From: Nitrososphaerales archaeon
GTDB lineage: Archaea > Thermoproteota > Nitrososphaeria > Nitrososphaerales > Gagatemarchaeaceae
DNA length: 64,000 nt
NCBI GenBank assembly: GCA_032906765.1
Contig: JAJTZB010000003.1
Coordinates: 77,072-141,071, forward strand
Direction of reading: 5' to 3'
Part shown: positions 17,914 to 26,339 of the stretch, in pieces
Layout: each line of letters opens with the position of its first letter
How positions within the stretch are numbered: position 1 is the stretch's first letter
Position numbers and translations under genes: made by a program
The notes under the pieces: generated by a model
Seen by the model: only the letters and a program-made list of their open reading frames with translations
The model's database searches: none
Told to the model about the DNA's origin: nothing

Positions 17914-18859
17914 GTTGACGAGATACCGTGCCGAGGCATTCACGATGCAGGCGCTGGTGAAATACCACGGGCTGAAGGACTGGAAGCTCAGACTTCCTTA
18001 CCATGATAGCATATCGGCGAACACAACGTGCATGAAGACAGAGGCGACGATCACAGATGAGAAGAGAGGCGGCGTGTACCTCGGAGGCGTGCAGAACGAA
18101 TCGGCCAACGTGCGTCTGGAGGCTGTGGTCCAGAGGCTAGCGCCCGGCAGGCACGTGAAGGAATTCAGGGTGGACAGCAGGAACCTGCCTGTGGGCAGAG
18201 CGAAGGGAATCGGCTACTCTTCGTCCGCCGGAGCGGCGCTCACGGTCCTGTGCCAGAGGTTGCTTGTGGGCGGCGAACCTGATATGAGGGAGATGTCGAG
18301 GGCGGCTAGGCTCTTCGCCGCCTCGGCGTCCAGGTCCTTGGTCGGAGGTTTCTCGAGGCTCTACGCGGGCAAGGGAGACGATGACACGTATGCAGAAAGG
18401 TTCGCCGATGCGAGGGACATGGACCTGAGGATGGTAATCGTCCCTCTGCCCTCTAGCGTCAGGACGGAGGACGCCCATACGGAGGTGCTGACATCGCCGT
18501 TCTTCGAAGCGAGGATTGCCTCCGCCCAGAAGAGGTGCGACGACATGGAGAAGTCAATCCTTGGGAACGACCTCGATGCCTTGGGAGTTCTCGCAGAGAG
18601 GGACACCCTTGAGCTGCACAGCCTCACAATGACCGGAGAGAACAGGATGATAATCATGACAGAGGATTCGCTTCGCATCATACGGAGGGTGAGGCAGCTG
18701 AGGAACGACGGAGTGCAGGCGTACTTCTCGCTTCAGACCGGACCGTCGGTCTTCGTCAACACCTCGGAGAGGGACGAGAGGAAGGTGTTCTCGGCAGTGA
18801 CGAAGCTCGGTTACAAGGCGTACCTGTCGAAGGTTGGCGGCGAGGCAAGGCTTCTCTAA
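17903..18859 (+). CDS. GHMP-kinase fold, diphosphomevalonate decarboxylase (MDD) family protein
   Basis: ALVKYHGLKD..LRLPYHDSISA matches the MDD N-terminal motif, and GIGYSSSAGAAL is a GHMP motif. The true start may be the ATG at 17945. Substrate specificity cannot be determined from the sequence. Confidence 0.7.
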   Translation: MWSELTRYRAEAFTMQALVKYHGLKDWKLRLPYHDSISANTTCMKTEATITDEKRGGVYLGGVQNESANVRLEAVVQRLAPGRHVKEFRVDSRNLPVGRAKGIGYSSSAGAALTVLCQRLLVGGEPDMREMSRAARLFAASASRSLVGGFSRLYAGKGDDDTYAERFADARDMDLRMVIVPLPSSVRTEDAHTEVLTSPFFEARIASAQKRCDDMEKSILGNDLDALGVLAERDTLELHSLTMTGENRMIIMTEDSLRIIRRVRQLRNDGVQAYFSLQTGPSVFVNTSERDERKVFSAVTKLGYKAYLSKVGGEARLL

Positions 18860-18901
18860 TCCGGGAACGGTTAATACGCCCGCGGCAGCCTTTCGCGTGC
18901 G

Positions 18902-19117
18902 ATGCCTGCGAGGGTCAGGAGCCTGGCAGATTACTTGCACGAACTCGAAAAGACAAAGAAGGAGAAGCCAGAGCAGGTGAAGGAAGCCCTCGAAATCTAT
19001 CTGGACCTCTGGAAGCGCGCCATTGCCAAGGGGATAGTCCTACCGGCCGACGAGATCGAAAGGGCGCTTTCGAAGATCGAGGAGAGTGGCGGCCTGTACA
19101 AGGCAGCTGAGGACTAG
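18902..19117 (+). CDS. Hypothetical small helical protein
   Basis: A 71-aa charged ORF that fits the gap. Its stop overlaps the SDR gene's stop at a CTAG. Confidence 0.4.
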   Translation: MPARVRSLADYLHELEKTKKEKPEQVKEALEIYLDLWKRAIAKGIVLPADEIERALSKIEESGGLYKAAED

Positions 19118-19863
19118 TGCGCGACTTCGCCGCCGTCTATGACGATTGACTGCCCACTGATGTACGAAGACTCGTCGCTCGCCAAGAAGAGAGCCAGGTT
19201 CGCAGCGTCGCGGGGCCTGCCGAACCTCTTGAGAGGTATGCCAGACAAGTAGTACTCCTTCTGCTTCTTGCTGAGCCAGTCAACCCAAGTAGTCTCGAAG
19301 GACCCGAAGAGCATGCAGTTGACCCTAATCCTTGGAGCGAGCATCTTGGAGAGCATCTTCGTCATCGAGACGACCGCCCCCTTGGCAGATGCGTACACAA
19401 GCCCCTCTATGTCACCGACCAGCGCCGGCGTCGATGCGATGTTGACGACGGAGCCGCCCTTCTTCATCAGCCTGACTGCAGCCTTCGTGCACAGGAATGT
19501 TCCGAACGCGTCGACCGCGAAGACGCGTTCCCACATCTTCAGGGTCGTGTTCTCAAGCTTGGGGTTCCACACGGATGGGTCGGCGAGACCCGCGTTGTTG
19601 ACGAGGATGTCCAGCCCGCCGAACCGACCCCGAATCTCCTCGAACATCCGTCTGACGCTCGCCGGGTCTGAGACATCCGCCCCGATTGCAACAGCCTTCC
19701 CTCCGGCCTTCCGGACGGACTTCACGACCTTCTCTGCGTCCAACTTCGACGACCTGTAGTTGACGACGACGGTGGCGCCCTCCCTCGCGAAGAGCTTCGC
19801 GATCTCCGCGCCAATGCCCCTAGACGAGCCTGTGACCAGAGCGCGCCTTCCTGAAAGCCTCAA
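19114..19863 (-). CDS. Short-chain dehydrogenase/reductase (FabG-like)
   Basis: 249 aa with the TGSSRGIG cofactor motif, NNAG, and a YxxxK active site (YASAKGAV). Confidence 0.88.
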   Translation of the reverse strand: MRLSGRRALVTGSSRGIGAEIAKLFAREGATVVVNYRSSKLDAEKVVKSVRKAGGKAVAIGADVSDPASVRRMFEEIRGRFGGLDILVNNAGLADPSVWNPKLENTTLKMWERVFAVDAFGTFLCTKAAVRLMKKGGSVVNIASTPALVGDIEGLVYASAKGAVVSMTKMLSKMLAPRIRVNCMLFGSFETTWVDWLSKKQKEYYLSGIPLKRFGRPRDAANLALFLASDESSYISGQSIVIDGGEVAH

Positions 19864-19903
19864 GAGGTCTGGCAGACTGCTGGGCCAGTCTTAAGTTTTT
19901 GAA

Positions 19904-20485
19904 GTGATGAGTCACGTCGGGAAGGTATTAGGCTGGGACTGTCTAGGCACGGACGTGAAACTCTCCTTCGTAGAGAGGTTGAGGACAGCTCGGGAGGACC
20001 CGTACGCCCTGCTGGGCAGGATTGGGATTGCGAAGGGGATGCGCGTGGCGGATTTAGGAGCGGGAAAGGGTCTGTACACGCTTGTGGCCGCAGAGCTCGT
20101 CGGTGGCGTGGGCTGGGTCTACGCGGTCGAACCTGATACCGCCAGGTCCGCGCTGATTGGTAGGAGGGCAGCGGGCGGGGGGTTCGCTAACATCACTGTC
20201 TTGAAGACACGCGCGGAGGACATGTCTGGAATCCCCGACTCGGGCGTCGACTTCGCCTTCTCGCTCAACGCGCTTCACCACTTCGAGGACAGGGACGCTG
20301 CGCTCTCGGAGGCAAAGAGGATTCTCAAGAAAGACGGGAGGCTCTACGTCAGGGACATGGTTTGGAACATGTGGTTCAGGCACGGGACTCGAAAAGAAGA
20401 TGTAGGATCTATTGCTGCGGGCGTGTTCACCAACGTCAAGGTCAACCTGACTGCAAGGAAAGTAGAGATAACGTTCACGAAGTAG
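19904..20485 (+). CDS. Class I SAM-dependent methyltransferase
   Basis: 193 aa with motif I VADLGAGKG and the post-I/II pattern (DFAFSLNALHH). Confidence 0.8.
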   Translation: MMSHVGKVLGWDCLGTDVKLSFVERLRTAREDPYALLGRIGIAKGMRVADLGAGKGLYTLVAAELVGGVGWVYAVEPDTARSALIGRRAAGGGFANITVLKTRAEDMSGIPDSGVDFAFSLNALHHFEDRDAALSEAKRILKKDGRLYVRDMVWNMWFRHGTRKEDVGSIAAGVFTNVKVNLTARKVEITFTK

Positions 20486-20487
20486 TC

Positions 20488-20997
20488 TCAGGGCCTGGGA
20501 GCCCTGTCCTTCGCTGAGGCACCCACGGAGTACTTCTTCAGGAACTCGATGTTGAACAATGACGCACGAGCCGAGTTGCTGACGATTGCCTCCTTGTCCG
20601 AGAGCGCCTTCCGGAGGGCCTTCTCCGCCGAGGCGTTCCCTATCGAGCCAAGGGCTGCGGCGGCCTCATGCCTCACTATCGGATTGCTGTCGGTCAGCGT
20701 TGCCTTCTCGAGCGCCTCGATTGCAGCGGAGAGTCCCATCTGACCGAGCGAGAAGGCTGCCTCGTGCCTCACGAGCGGGTCAGGGTCGTGGAATAGTACG
20801 TCTGAAAGTGTGGGTATCGACTTCTCGGACCCGACGTCCGCAAGGATGCAGACGGCGTGCACGCGCAGCACAAGGCTCGGCTCCTCCCTCAGGACCTTGA
20901 CGAAGTACGACTCGTCCTTGTGCGAAAAAGCATCCTCCATCCCTCGCATGACTGCCATGCAGTGCGCCTCATCGTCTACTATTGTGCGCGTGTACAT
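20488..20997 (-). CDS. HEAT-repeat (PBS-lyase type) protein
   Basis: 169 aa with repeated D.....VR.EAA.ALG units (DPLVRHEAAFSLGQMG, NPIVRHEAAAALGSIG). Confidence 0.7.
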   Translation of the reverse strand: MYTRTIVDDEAHCMAVMRGMEDAFSHKDESYFVKVLREEPSLVLRVHAVCILADVGSEKSIPTLSDVLFHDPDPLVRHEAAFSLGQMGLSAAIEALEKATLTDSNPIVRHEAAAALGSIGNASAEKALRKALSDKEAIVSNSARASLFNIEFLKKYSVGASAKDRAPRP

Positions 20998-21043
20998 TCG
21001 GAACGGCCATGGCGCTTCTGTCTATAAACAGCACGGCTGCCGG

Positions 21044-22207
21044 CTAGGCCAGGGCATTCCGGAGGTCCGCCACCAGGTCCTCTGGGTCTTCCACGCCCAC
21101 AGAAAGCCTCAACAGGCCGTCTCCGATGCCGAGCCTTCTCCGCTCCTCTAGAGGGACGCTTGCGTGCGTCATCAGCGCCGGGTGGTCGACGAGTGACTCG
21201 ACGCCGCCTAGGCTTTCTGCGAGTGAAAAGACCTTCAGCCTTCGCGAGAACCTCCTGACGCTCGGCAGGCCGCCGCGCAGCTCGAAGGACAGCATGCCTC
21301 CTCCCGACCTCATCTGCCTTGCGGCGAGAGCGTGCTGGGGGTGGCTGCCCAGGCCCGGGTAGTAGACTCGGGCGACCCTCCTGTGCCCCTCCAGGAATCG
21401 AGCCACGCGCTCCGCGTTCGAACTGTGCCTCTCCATGCGGAGGTGGAGTGTCTTTGAACCCCTGAGGGTGAGGAAGCAGTCGAAGGGCGAGGGGACCGCT
21501 CCTACTGCGTTCTGGTTGAACTTGATCTCCTCGAAGATTCTCCTGTCGGACAGCATCACTGCTCCGCCGACTACGTCGCTGTGCCCGCCTATGTACTTCG
21601 TAGTGCTGTGGACGACGATGGTCGCGCCGAGGTCGAGCGGGTTCTGGAGGTAAGGACTGGCGAAAGTGTTGTCCACGACCGCATAGGCATGTCGCTTCCT
21701 CGCCAACCTTGAAATCACTCGTATGTCGCAGATTCTCATCAGAGGGTTCGTCGGGCTCTCGAGCCAGACAAGCCTCGTGTTGGGCCGCAGCGCTGCCCCG
21801 ACCCTCCTGGGCGACCTTGCGTCGACGTACGAGAACTCGACGCCGAACTTCGCGAACGTCTTGTTGAAGATTCTCCTCGTTCCACCGTAGAGGTCGTCGC
21901 AGGCGACCACGTGGTCCCCCTTCTTCAGGAGCGAGAGCAGGATGGTGGATTCTGCAGCCATCCCAGAGGAGAAAGCCAAGGCGTACCTCGCGTTCTCGAG
22001 TGAGGCGAGCCTCCTCTCGAGGGCGTGTCTCGTCGGGTTTCCTGTTCTCGAGTACTCCAGACCCTTAGGGGGTTTGCCAATCGATCTCCTAGCGAAAGTG
22101 GACGAGAGGTGAATCGGCGCAACAACATCGCCCGCAGCTCCAAAGTCAGGCTCCTCGCCATCGTGGACAGTCCTCGTACCGAACCTCAACGGCCTATCTC
22201 TTGGCAA
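21044..22207 (-). CDS. Cystathionine gamma-lyase / gamma-synthase family PLP enzyme
   Basis: 387 aa of the Cys/Met-metabolism PLP family, with the STTKYIGGHSD lysine motif. Confidence 0.88.
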   Translation of the reverse strand: MPRDRPLRFGTRTVHDGEEPDFGAAGDVVAPIHLSSTFARRSIGKPPKGLEYSRTGNPTRHALERRLASLENARYALAFSSGMAAESTILLSLLKKGDHVVACDDLYGGTRRIFNKTFAKFGVEFSYVDARSPRRVGAALRPNTRLVWLESPTNPLMRICDIRVISRLARKRHAYAVVDNTFASPYLQNPLDLGATIVVHSTTKYIGGHSDVVGGAVMLSDRRIFEEIKFNQNAVGAVPSPFDCFLTLRGSKTLHLRMERHSSNAERVARFLEGHRRVARVYYPGLGSHPQHALAARQMRSGGGMLSFELRGGLPSVRRFSRRLKVFSLAESLGGVESLVDHPALMTHASVPLEERRRLGIGDGLLRLSVGVEDPEDLVADLRNALA

Positions 22208-23567
22208 GATAGTTTATCACGTCTATGGTCGTTATTATGCCTACGACCTTCGGGCCGTCGATGACTGCAACCGCATTCTTATCCTTGAGCAGGCTGCCAA
22301 GGTTGAGCATGGTCCCTCCTTTCTCCACTGTCGGGAGAGGTTCGTCCATTATCTCCTCGACTCGCACACTCCCCAGAGCTCGCTTGGACGCGGCCTTCCC
22401 CACTACGGATGCCCCAGAAATGCTCCCCACTTGGACGCCGTTCACCAAGACGGGTAGCTGCGAGATGTCGTGCCTGGTCATCAGCCCTATCGCCGTCATC
22501 AGGCTGTCGCGAGGTCCCACTCCCACGACGCCGCGGAGTTTCACCGGCTTCGACCTGAGCACAGCGTCAACGGGGACCCTGCTCTCTCTTGCCCTCAGGT
22601 ATCCGTGCTCCTTCATCCAGTCGTCGTTGTAGAGCTTGTTCAGGTAGCTCCTCCCTGTATCTGGGAGGATGACGACAACCGTCTTCGACTCGTCGAGGCC
22701 CCTCGCGACCTTCAGCGCGGCGTAGACCGCGGCCCCCGAGGACCCGCCGGCTAGGATGCCCTCCTCGCGGGCCAGGCGCCTGGCGGTCAGGAACGCCTCC
22801 TTGTCGGAGACCGTCACGACCTCGTCGATCACGCTCATGTCGAGAGTCGAAGGGATGAAGTCCTCGCCTATCCCTTCGGTCTTGTAGCGACGCGGGGCGG
22901 CCTCTCTGCCGTAGAATCGGGCAGCGATGAGGGAGCCCTCCGGGTCGGCCGCCACGACCTTCAGTCCCGGCTTCTTCTCTTTCAGGAACCTGCCCGTCCC
23001 GGTGATTGTTCCTCCTGTTCCAACCCCGGCGACTAGGACGTCAACGCTGCCACCAGTCTGCTGCCAGATCTCGGGACCTGTCGTCGCGTAGTGGGCCTTC
23101 GGGTTGGCCATGTTCTCGTACTGGTTCGGCATGAAAGCATGTGGAATCTCCTTCGCGAGCCTCTCAGCCACCTTGACGTGGCTGGCAGGGTGGTCGAAGG
23201 GGACGTTCGAAGGAGTCACCCTGACCTTCGCTCCAAGAGCCCTAAGGAGGTCAATCTTGTCCCGGCTCATCTTGTCGGGCACAGTGAAAACGATCTTGTA
23301 ACCCCTCAAGATCGCTGCGAGCGCGAGGCCCATCCCTGTGTTGCCAGAAGTGGGCTCCACAATCGTGTACCCAGGTCTGATAACGCCGTCCGCCTCCGCC
23401 TCGCGGATCATCGCAATCCCGATCCGGTCCTTCACGCTGCCTCCAGGGTTGAAGAACTCGAGCTTGGCGTACACCTTCGCCTTGATTCCCTTCGTCACCC
23501 TGTTGAGCTTCACGAGGGGAGTGTCGCCGATGAGTTGGACAACGTCGTCCGCCACACCAGACCTCAA
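22194..23567 (-). CDS. Cystathionine beta-synthase (CysK-like catalytic domain plus a C-terminal CBS-domain pair)
   Basis: 457 aa. It has the PLP lysine context (NPGGSVKDR), TSGNTG and GTGGTI, followed by two CBS motifs. Confidence 0.86.
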   Translation of the reverse strand: MRSGVADDVVQLIGDTPLVKLNRVTKGIKAKVYAKLEFFNPGGSVKDRIGIAMIREAEADGVIRPGYTIVEPTSGNTGMGLALAAILRGYKIVFTVPDKMSRDKIDLLRALGAKVRVTPSNVPFDHPASHVKVAERLAKEIPHAFMPNQYENMANPKAHYATTGPEIWQQTGGSVDVLVAGVGTGGTITGTGRFLKEKKPGLKVVAADPEGSLIAARFYGREAAPRRYKTEGIGEDFIPSTLDMSVIDEVVTVSDKEAFLTARRLAREEGILAGGSSGAAVYAALKVARGLDESKTVVVILPDTGRSYLNKLYNDDWMKEHGYLRARESRVPVDAVLRSKPVKLRGVVGVGPRDSLMTAIGLMTRHDISQLPVLVNGVQVGSISGASVVGKAASKRALGSVRVEEIMDEPLPTVEKGGTMLNLGSLLKDKNAVAVIDGPKVVGIITTIDVINYLAKR

Positions 23568-23717
23568 GCTAAACCGTGCAACCTCCAGGTGCAGTGAGAG
23601 ATAAACTGGGTGGTCAATCGGTGACTTCGTGGGATACGGTGGTGAAGTGTCGGATGCGAGGGAGGTGTCTGAATGGACCGAGGAGACTTCCGCGAACTGA
23701 ATGTCAGAATCGGTCTC

Positions 23718-24377
23718 TCATCCGAGCATAGTCATGTCGGACTCGCTCTGAACAGCAATCTGGGCAAGCGAACGGTTGGTCACCGCGGAGAAATCGTAAT
23801 CATTCGCATTGTATCCCCCCTTGGAATACTCATCGCTGTGTTTGATCAACAGCCAAGTCTCCTTATTTCCTCCAAATCCCTTCGTACGGATCAACGCGAA
23901 GGACCCTTGCAGCTTCTTCCCGTAGAGACGGAATTTCATGTTCCCCTCTTCCATGCTCTTGCGGGCGACCCTGTCCGCTTCTTTCCGGTCTGTGATTTCT
24001 TTCCTCACGCCTTTGCCCAGCTCAACTTCAGGGTTGTAGGTCCCCTCGTCCCAGATCATGACAGGCCCTGCCCCGTACCCACCTTTCGAGATGACTCCTT
24101 CGAAGCGACTGTACTCCAGTGCGTGGTCGCCGGTCGGCATCGCTAGCCTCTTCACGCCGCTGTCGAGTGTCGGACCTTTGGGTATGGACCATGATGGCAT
24201 CACGCCTCCTATCTCGAGCCGGAAATCGTAGTGGAGCGACGTTGCTTTGTGCTTCTGAACGACGAAGACGAGTTGGCCTTCCTTCGGACCTGCATTCACG
24301 GCAATCCATGCCTGCGTGACCGAAGGATAAGGGCTTGGCGTGAACCTCTGCACGAGTGCGAGCCTAAAGACCCCCAC
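23718..24377 (-). CDS. Stand-alone DNA ligase D 3'-phosphoesterase (LigD-PE) domain protein
   Basis: FVVQKHKATSLHYDFRLE...WSIPKGP......KRLA..TGDHALEY..FEG.I resembles the LigD phosphoesterase domain. Confidence 0.78.
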   Translation of the reverse strand: MGVFRLALVQRFTPSPYPSVTQAWIAVNAGPKEGQLVFVVQKHKATSLHYDFRLEIGGVMPSWSIPKGPTLDSGVKRLAMPTGDHALEYSRFEGVISKGGYGAGPVMIWDEGTYNPEVELGKGVRKEITDRKEADRVARKSMEEGNMKFRLYGKKLQGSFALIRTKGFGGNKETWLLIKHSDEYSKGGYNANDYDFSAVTNRSLAQIAVQSESDMTMLG

Positions 24378-24448
24378 TCTTTGTGAAAAGCGGGCCTTGT
24401 GAGACTCACCCTAGAATGGGTCCGAAAGTGGATCGAGCGAGCTGCCTG

Positions 24449-24847
24449 TCAAGCCCCGACCCTGGATTCATTTTTCTCCATGATCTCCTGAGGTATTCTT
24501 GTATCGCAGTACACGCTCCATTCCTTTATCCGACCCCGGTGCGTCACTGCTCTCCATGCAGCCGGGATCCGCCAGTGGCTTCTTGGTTTACGGCCAGCGT
24601 ATGTTCCGCTCGCAAAGCCTAGGACTACGAAAGTGTTTCCAAGACTGTATGTTTCTTTGATTTCGATCTTGTAGTCTGGAAACCACTTGAAGTATCCAAT
24701 CCACCCACTTCTCATGGGTTCTCTGCCCGAGACGACCCCACCGACGGCGTCCGTGAACTTGTGATTCTCTGTCATGAGATCAACCATTCCGTCCACATTG
24801 TGATCATTGATAAGTCGGATGAACTTCCGCAGAGCTGTCTCGCTCAC
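24449..24847 (-). CDS. SnoaL-like / NTF2-fold protein
   Basis: 132 aa with a GTG start. The size and pattern (INDHNVDGMVDLMTENHKFTD, a later W-rich beta sheet) fit the NTF2-like superfamily. Confidence 0.55.
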   Translation of the reverse strand: MSETALRKFIRLINDHNVDGMVDLMTENHKFTDAVGGVVSGREPMRSGWIGYFKWFPDYKIEIKETYSLGNTFVVLGFASGTYAGRKPRSHWRIPAAWRAVTHRGRIKEWSVYCDTRIPQEIMEKNESRVGA

Positions 24848-25230
24848 TTCGATTCTACTTCCTCGCTCGTCGCTCTCGTCATGTTCTTCCGAATGGAACC
24901 GTATTTAGCCCTAAGCAGTTCCGCGTCGTCTTGCTCTGTTCTTCCCTTAGTTGCCATTGTCGCACCCGTCTTGTATCCTAGATCTGCAGTTGTCCAGACG
25001 TATTGACTTGCTCAAGACGGCCTAGCTTCTACCGACTATCGCCCCCAAGTGATAGCTGGCCCGGTGGGGTCCGCCCCCAAACAGGTCCAGAAAATGGATT
25101 CCGAGACTACTTGCCCAGCACAGCCCCGACATCATCGTTGGACCGAGGTAAAGTCCGTGAGAATCCAATGACGCCTCCAGGGGCGTCCCGCCGAGGGCGA
25201 AGTGAACCATTACAACTCATTCTTTGTTTC

Positions 25231-25599
25231 CTAAAATGGCAACTTTCCAGCAAGAAATGGTCTTATGACTAGATCCCAAGGGGACGCTATCCTTTCTTCA
25301 TCCACAATTACGGTACAGCTAGGGCTGTTTGCTGCGTGAACCCATCCCTCTGCCACATCATGGTCGCCACTCAGATTCGTGACGGGGCTCAGGAAAGGAG
25401 AGACGAAATGCTCAATAGGCATTTCTAGCAACGCATTAGGATCGTCTCTGAGCAATTGAAAACCATCTGGTGAGAAGAGGGCACGCATGATTTCTCTTTC
25501 AGTGCAGCAGTAGAACCTCTTCCTTCTCTGGATTACTAGCCTCCTCACTCTGTGTCGCATCATGAACCTGAACACTTCAATCAGGAGGTTCTCCTCCAT
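25231..25599 (-). CDS. Hypothetical protein with CBS-domain-like segments
   Basis: A 122-aa ORF in the AT-richer islet. It overlaps the upstream ORF by 23 nt, and the similarity to CBS motifs is weak. Confidence 0.35.
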   Translation of the reverse strand: MEENLLIEVFRFMMRHRVRRLVIQRRKRFYCCTEREIMRALFSPDGFQLLRDDPNALLEMPIEHFVSPFLSPVTNLSGDHDVAEGWVHAANSPSCTVIVDEERIASPWDLVIRPFLAGKLPF

Positions 25600-26122
25600 T
25601 CACTTGCTTCAGCTTCGATGAGACTTCCTTCAGGCTGATTCCAATTGACTTCGTCTTTCCTGCAAGGGACTTGATCATGTCGAGGAGAGAAAGCAGGCCC
25701 ACGGGCTTGTTCTTGTCGTCCAGGAACAGCAAGTTCCCAAACCTGTTGGCGACTATGAGACTGAGGGCCTTCGTGCATTCGTCATCGAACCGAATCGTAG
25801 GAAGCGGTGACGGTGGGCTAAGTCTTGCCGCTCGCCCTACTTGTATCCAAAGCTGACTGTACAATTCCTCCAGTTTCGATTCCAAAATGAGATTCACTAA
25901 CTGATAACCATAAATCGATTCGAACTTGCCTTTTCCACCATTGATGATCGCACATGGTACGCCTCTTGCCGCCAAAAGCGTCCCGATTGAAATCAAGAAG
26001 TCTTTCTCGCTGATGATCACTGGCGGTGGCACGATGGAGTTGCTGAGAAAGTCGCGGCATCTCCAAGACCGACGAGTATCTAACAAATGCGCCTGGCTCC
26101 ACCGTATGAGAACACGAGGCAC
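25577..26122 (-). CDS. CBS-domain pair-like protein
   Basis: 181 aa with two CBS-like units (VIISEKDFLISIGTLLAARGV.., IRFDDECTKALSLIVANRFGNLLFLDDKNKPVGLLSLLDMIKSL). The start is uncertain. Confidence 0.45.
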   Translation of the reverse strand: MPRVLIRWSQAHLLDTRRSWRCRDFLSNSIVPPPVIISEKDFLISIGTLLAARGVPCAIINGGKGKFESIYGYQLVNLILESKLEELYSQLWIQVGRAARLSPPSPLPTIRFDDECTKALSLIVANRFGNLLFLDDKNKPVGLLSLLDMIKSLAGKTKSIGISLKEVSSKLKQVNGGEPPD

Positions 26123-26231
26123 TAAAGCCTTCCAACGACCATGGTGGTCCAGTTGTGCGAGGTGAAACCCAGTAATCGTCTGAATCTGGGCCTCCTTTGA
26201 TAAGAGGGTCCGAATCAGGCTCGCTCTTCAG

Positions 26232-26329
26232 CGGGCCCGGTGGGATTCGAACCCACGACATGCTGGTCACTCCCAGAAGCTAGCTAAGAGCCAGCCGCTT
26301 AGGCCGCTTGCGCTCTAACCTGGCTGAGC
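26232..26329 (-). pseudogene. 5'-truncated tRNA-Lys(CUU)-like copy; it lacks nt 1-9 and carries two short insertions
   Basis: In RNA sense it reads GCUCAGCCAGGUUAGAGC..GCUGGCUCUUA[17 nt]ACCAGCAUGUCGUGGGUUCGAAUCCCACCGGGCCCG. It shares exact blocks of 29, 16 and 13 nt with the tRNA at 27581-27685. No 5' acceptor strand (GGGCCCG) is present upstream. Confidence 0.55.
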
Positions 26330-26339
26330 TCCCAGCAAG

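Noticed and set aside
24844-24957. A 37-aa minus-strand ORF (MATKGRTEQDDAELLRAKYGSIRKNMTRATSEEVESK) whose stop overlaps the GTG start of the SnoaL-like gene.
   Set aside because: It is too short, has no motif and no independent support, so it is not reported as a feature.
25145-25156. GAGGTAAAGTCC resembles the RNase P RNA CR-I/P4 motif GAGGAAAGUCC. It lies in a non-coding stretch next to a GACGCC...GGCGTC hairpin.
   Set aside because: It has one extra base relative to the consensus. No other conserved RNase P RNA regions (CR-IV or CR-V type) were found nearby, and the free non-coding space is too short. It is most likely a chance match inside a decayed islet.
25231-26122. Two overlapping CBS-like ORFs as one frameshifted pseudogene.
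   Set aside because: In the downstream frame a TGA immediately precedes its ATG, so a simple single-base frameshift fusion is not evident. They are kept as two low-confidence ORFs.
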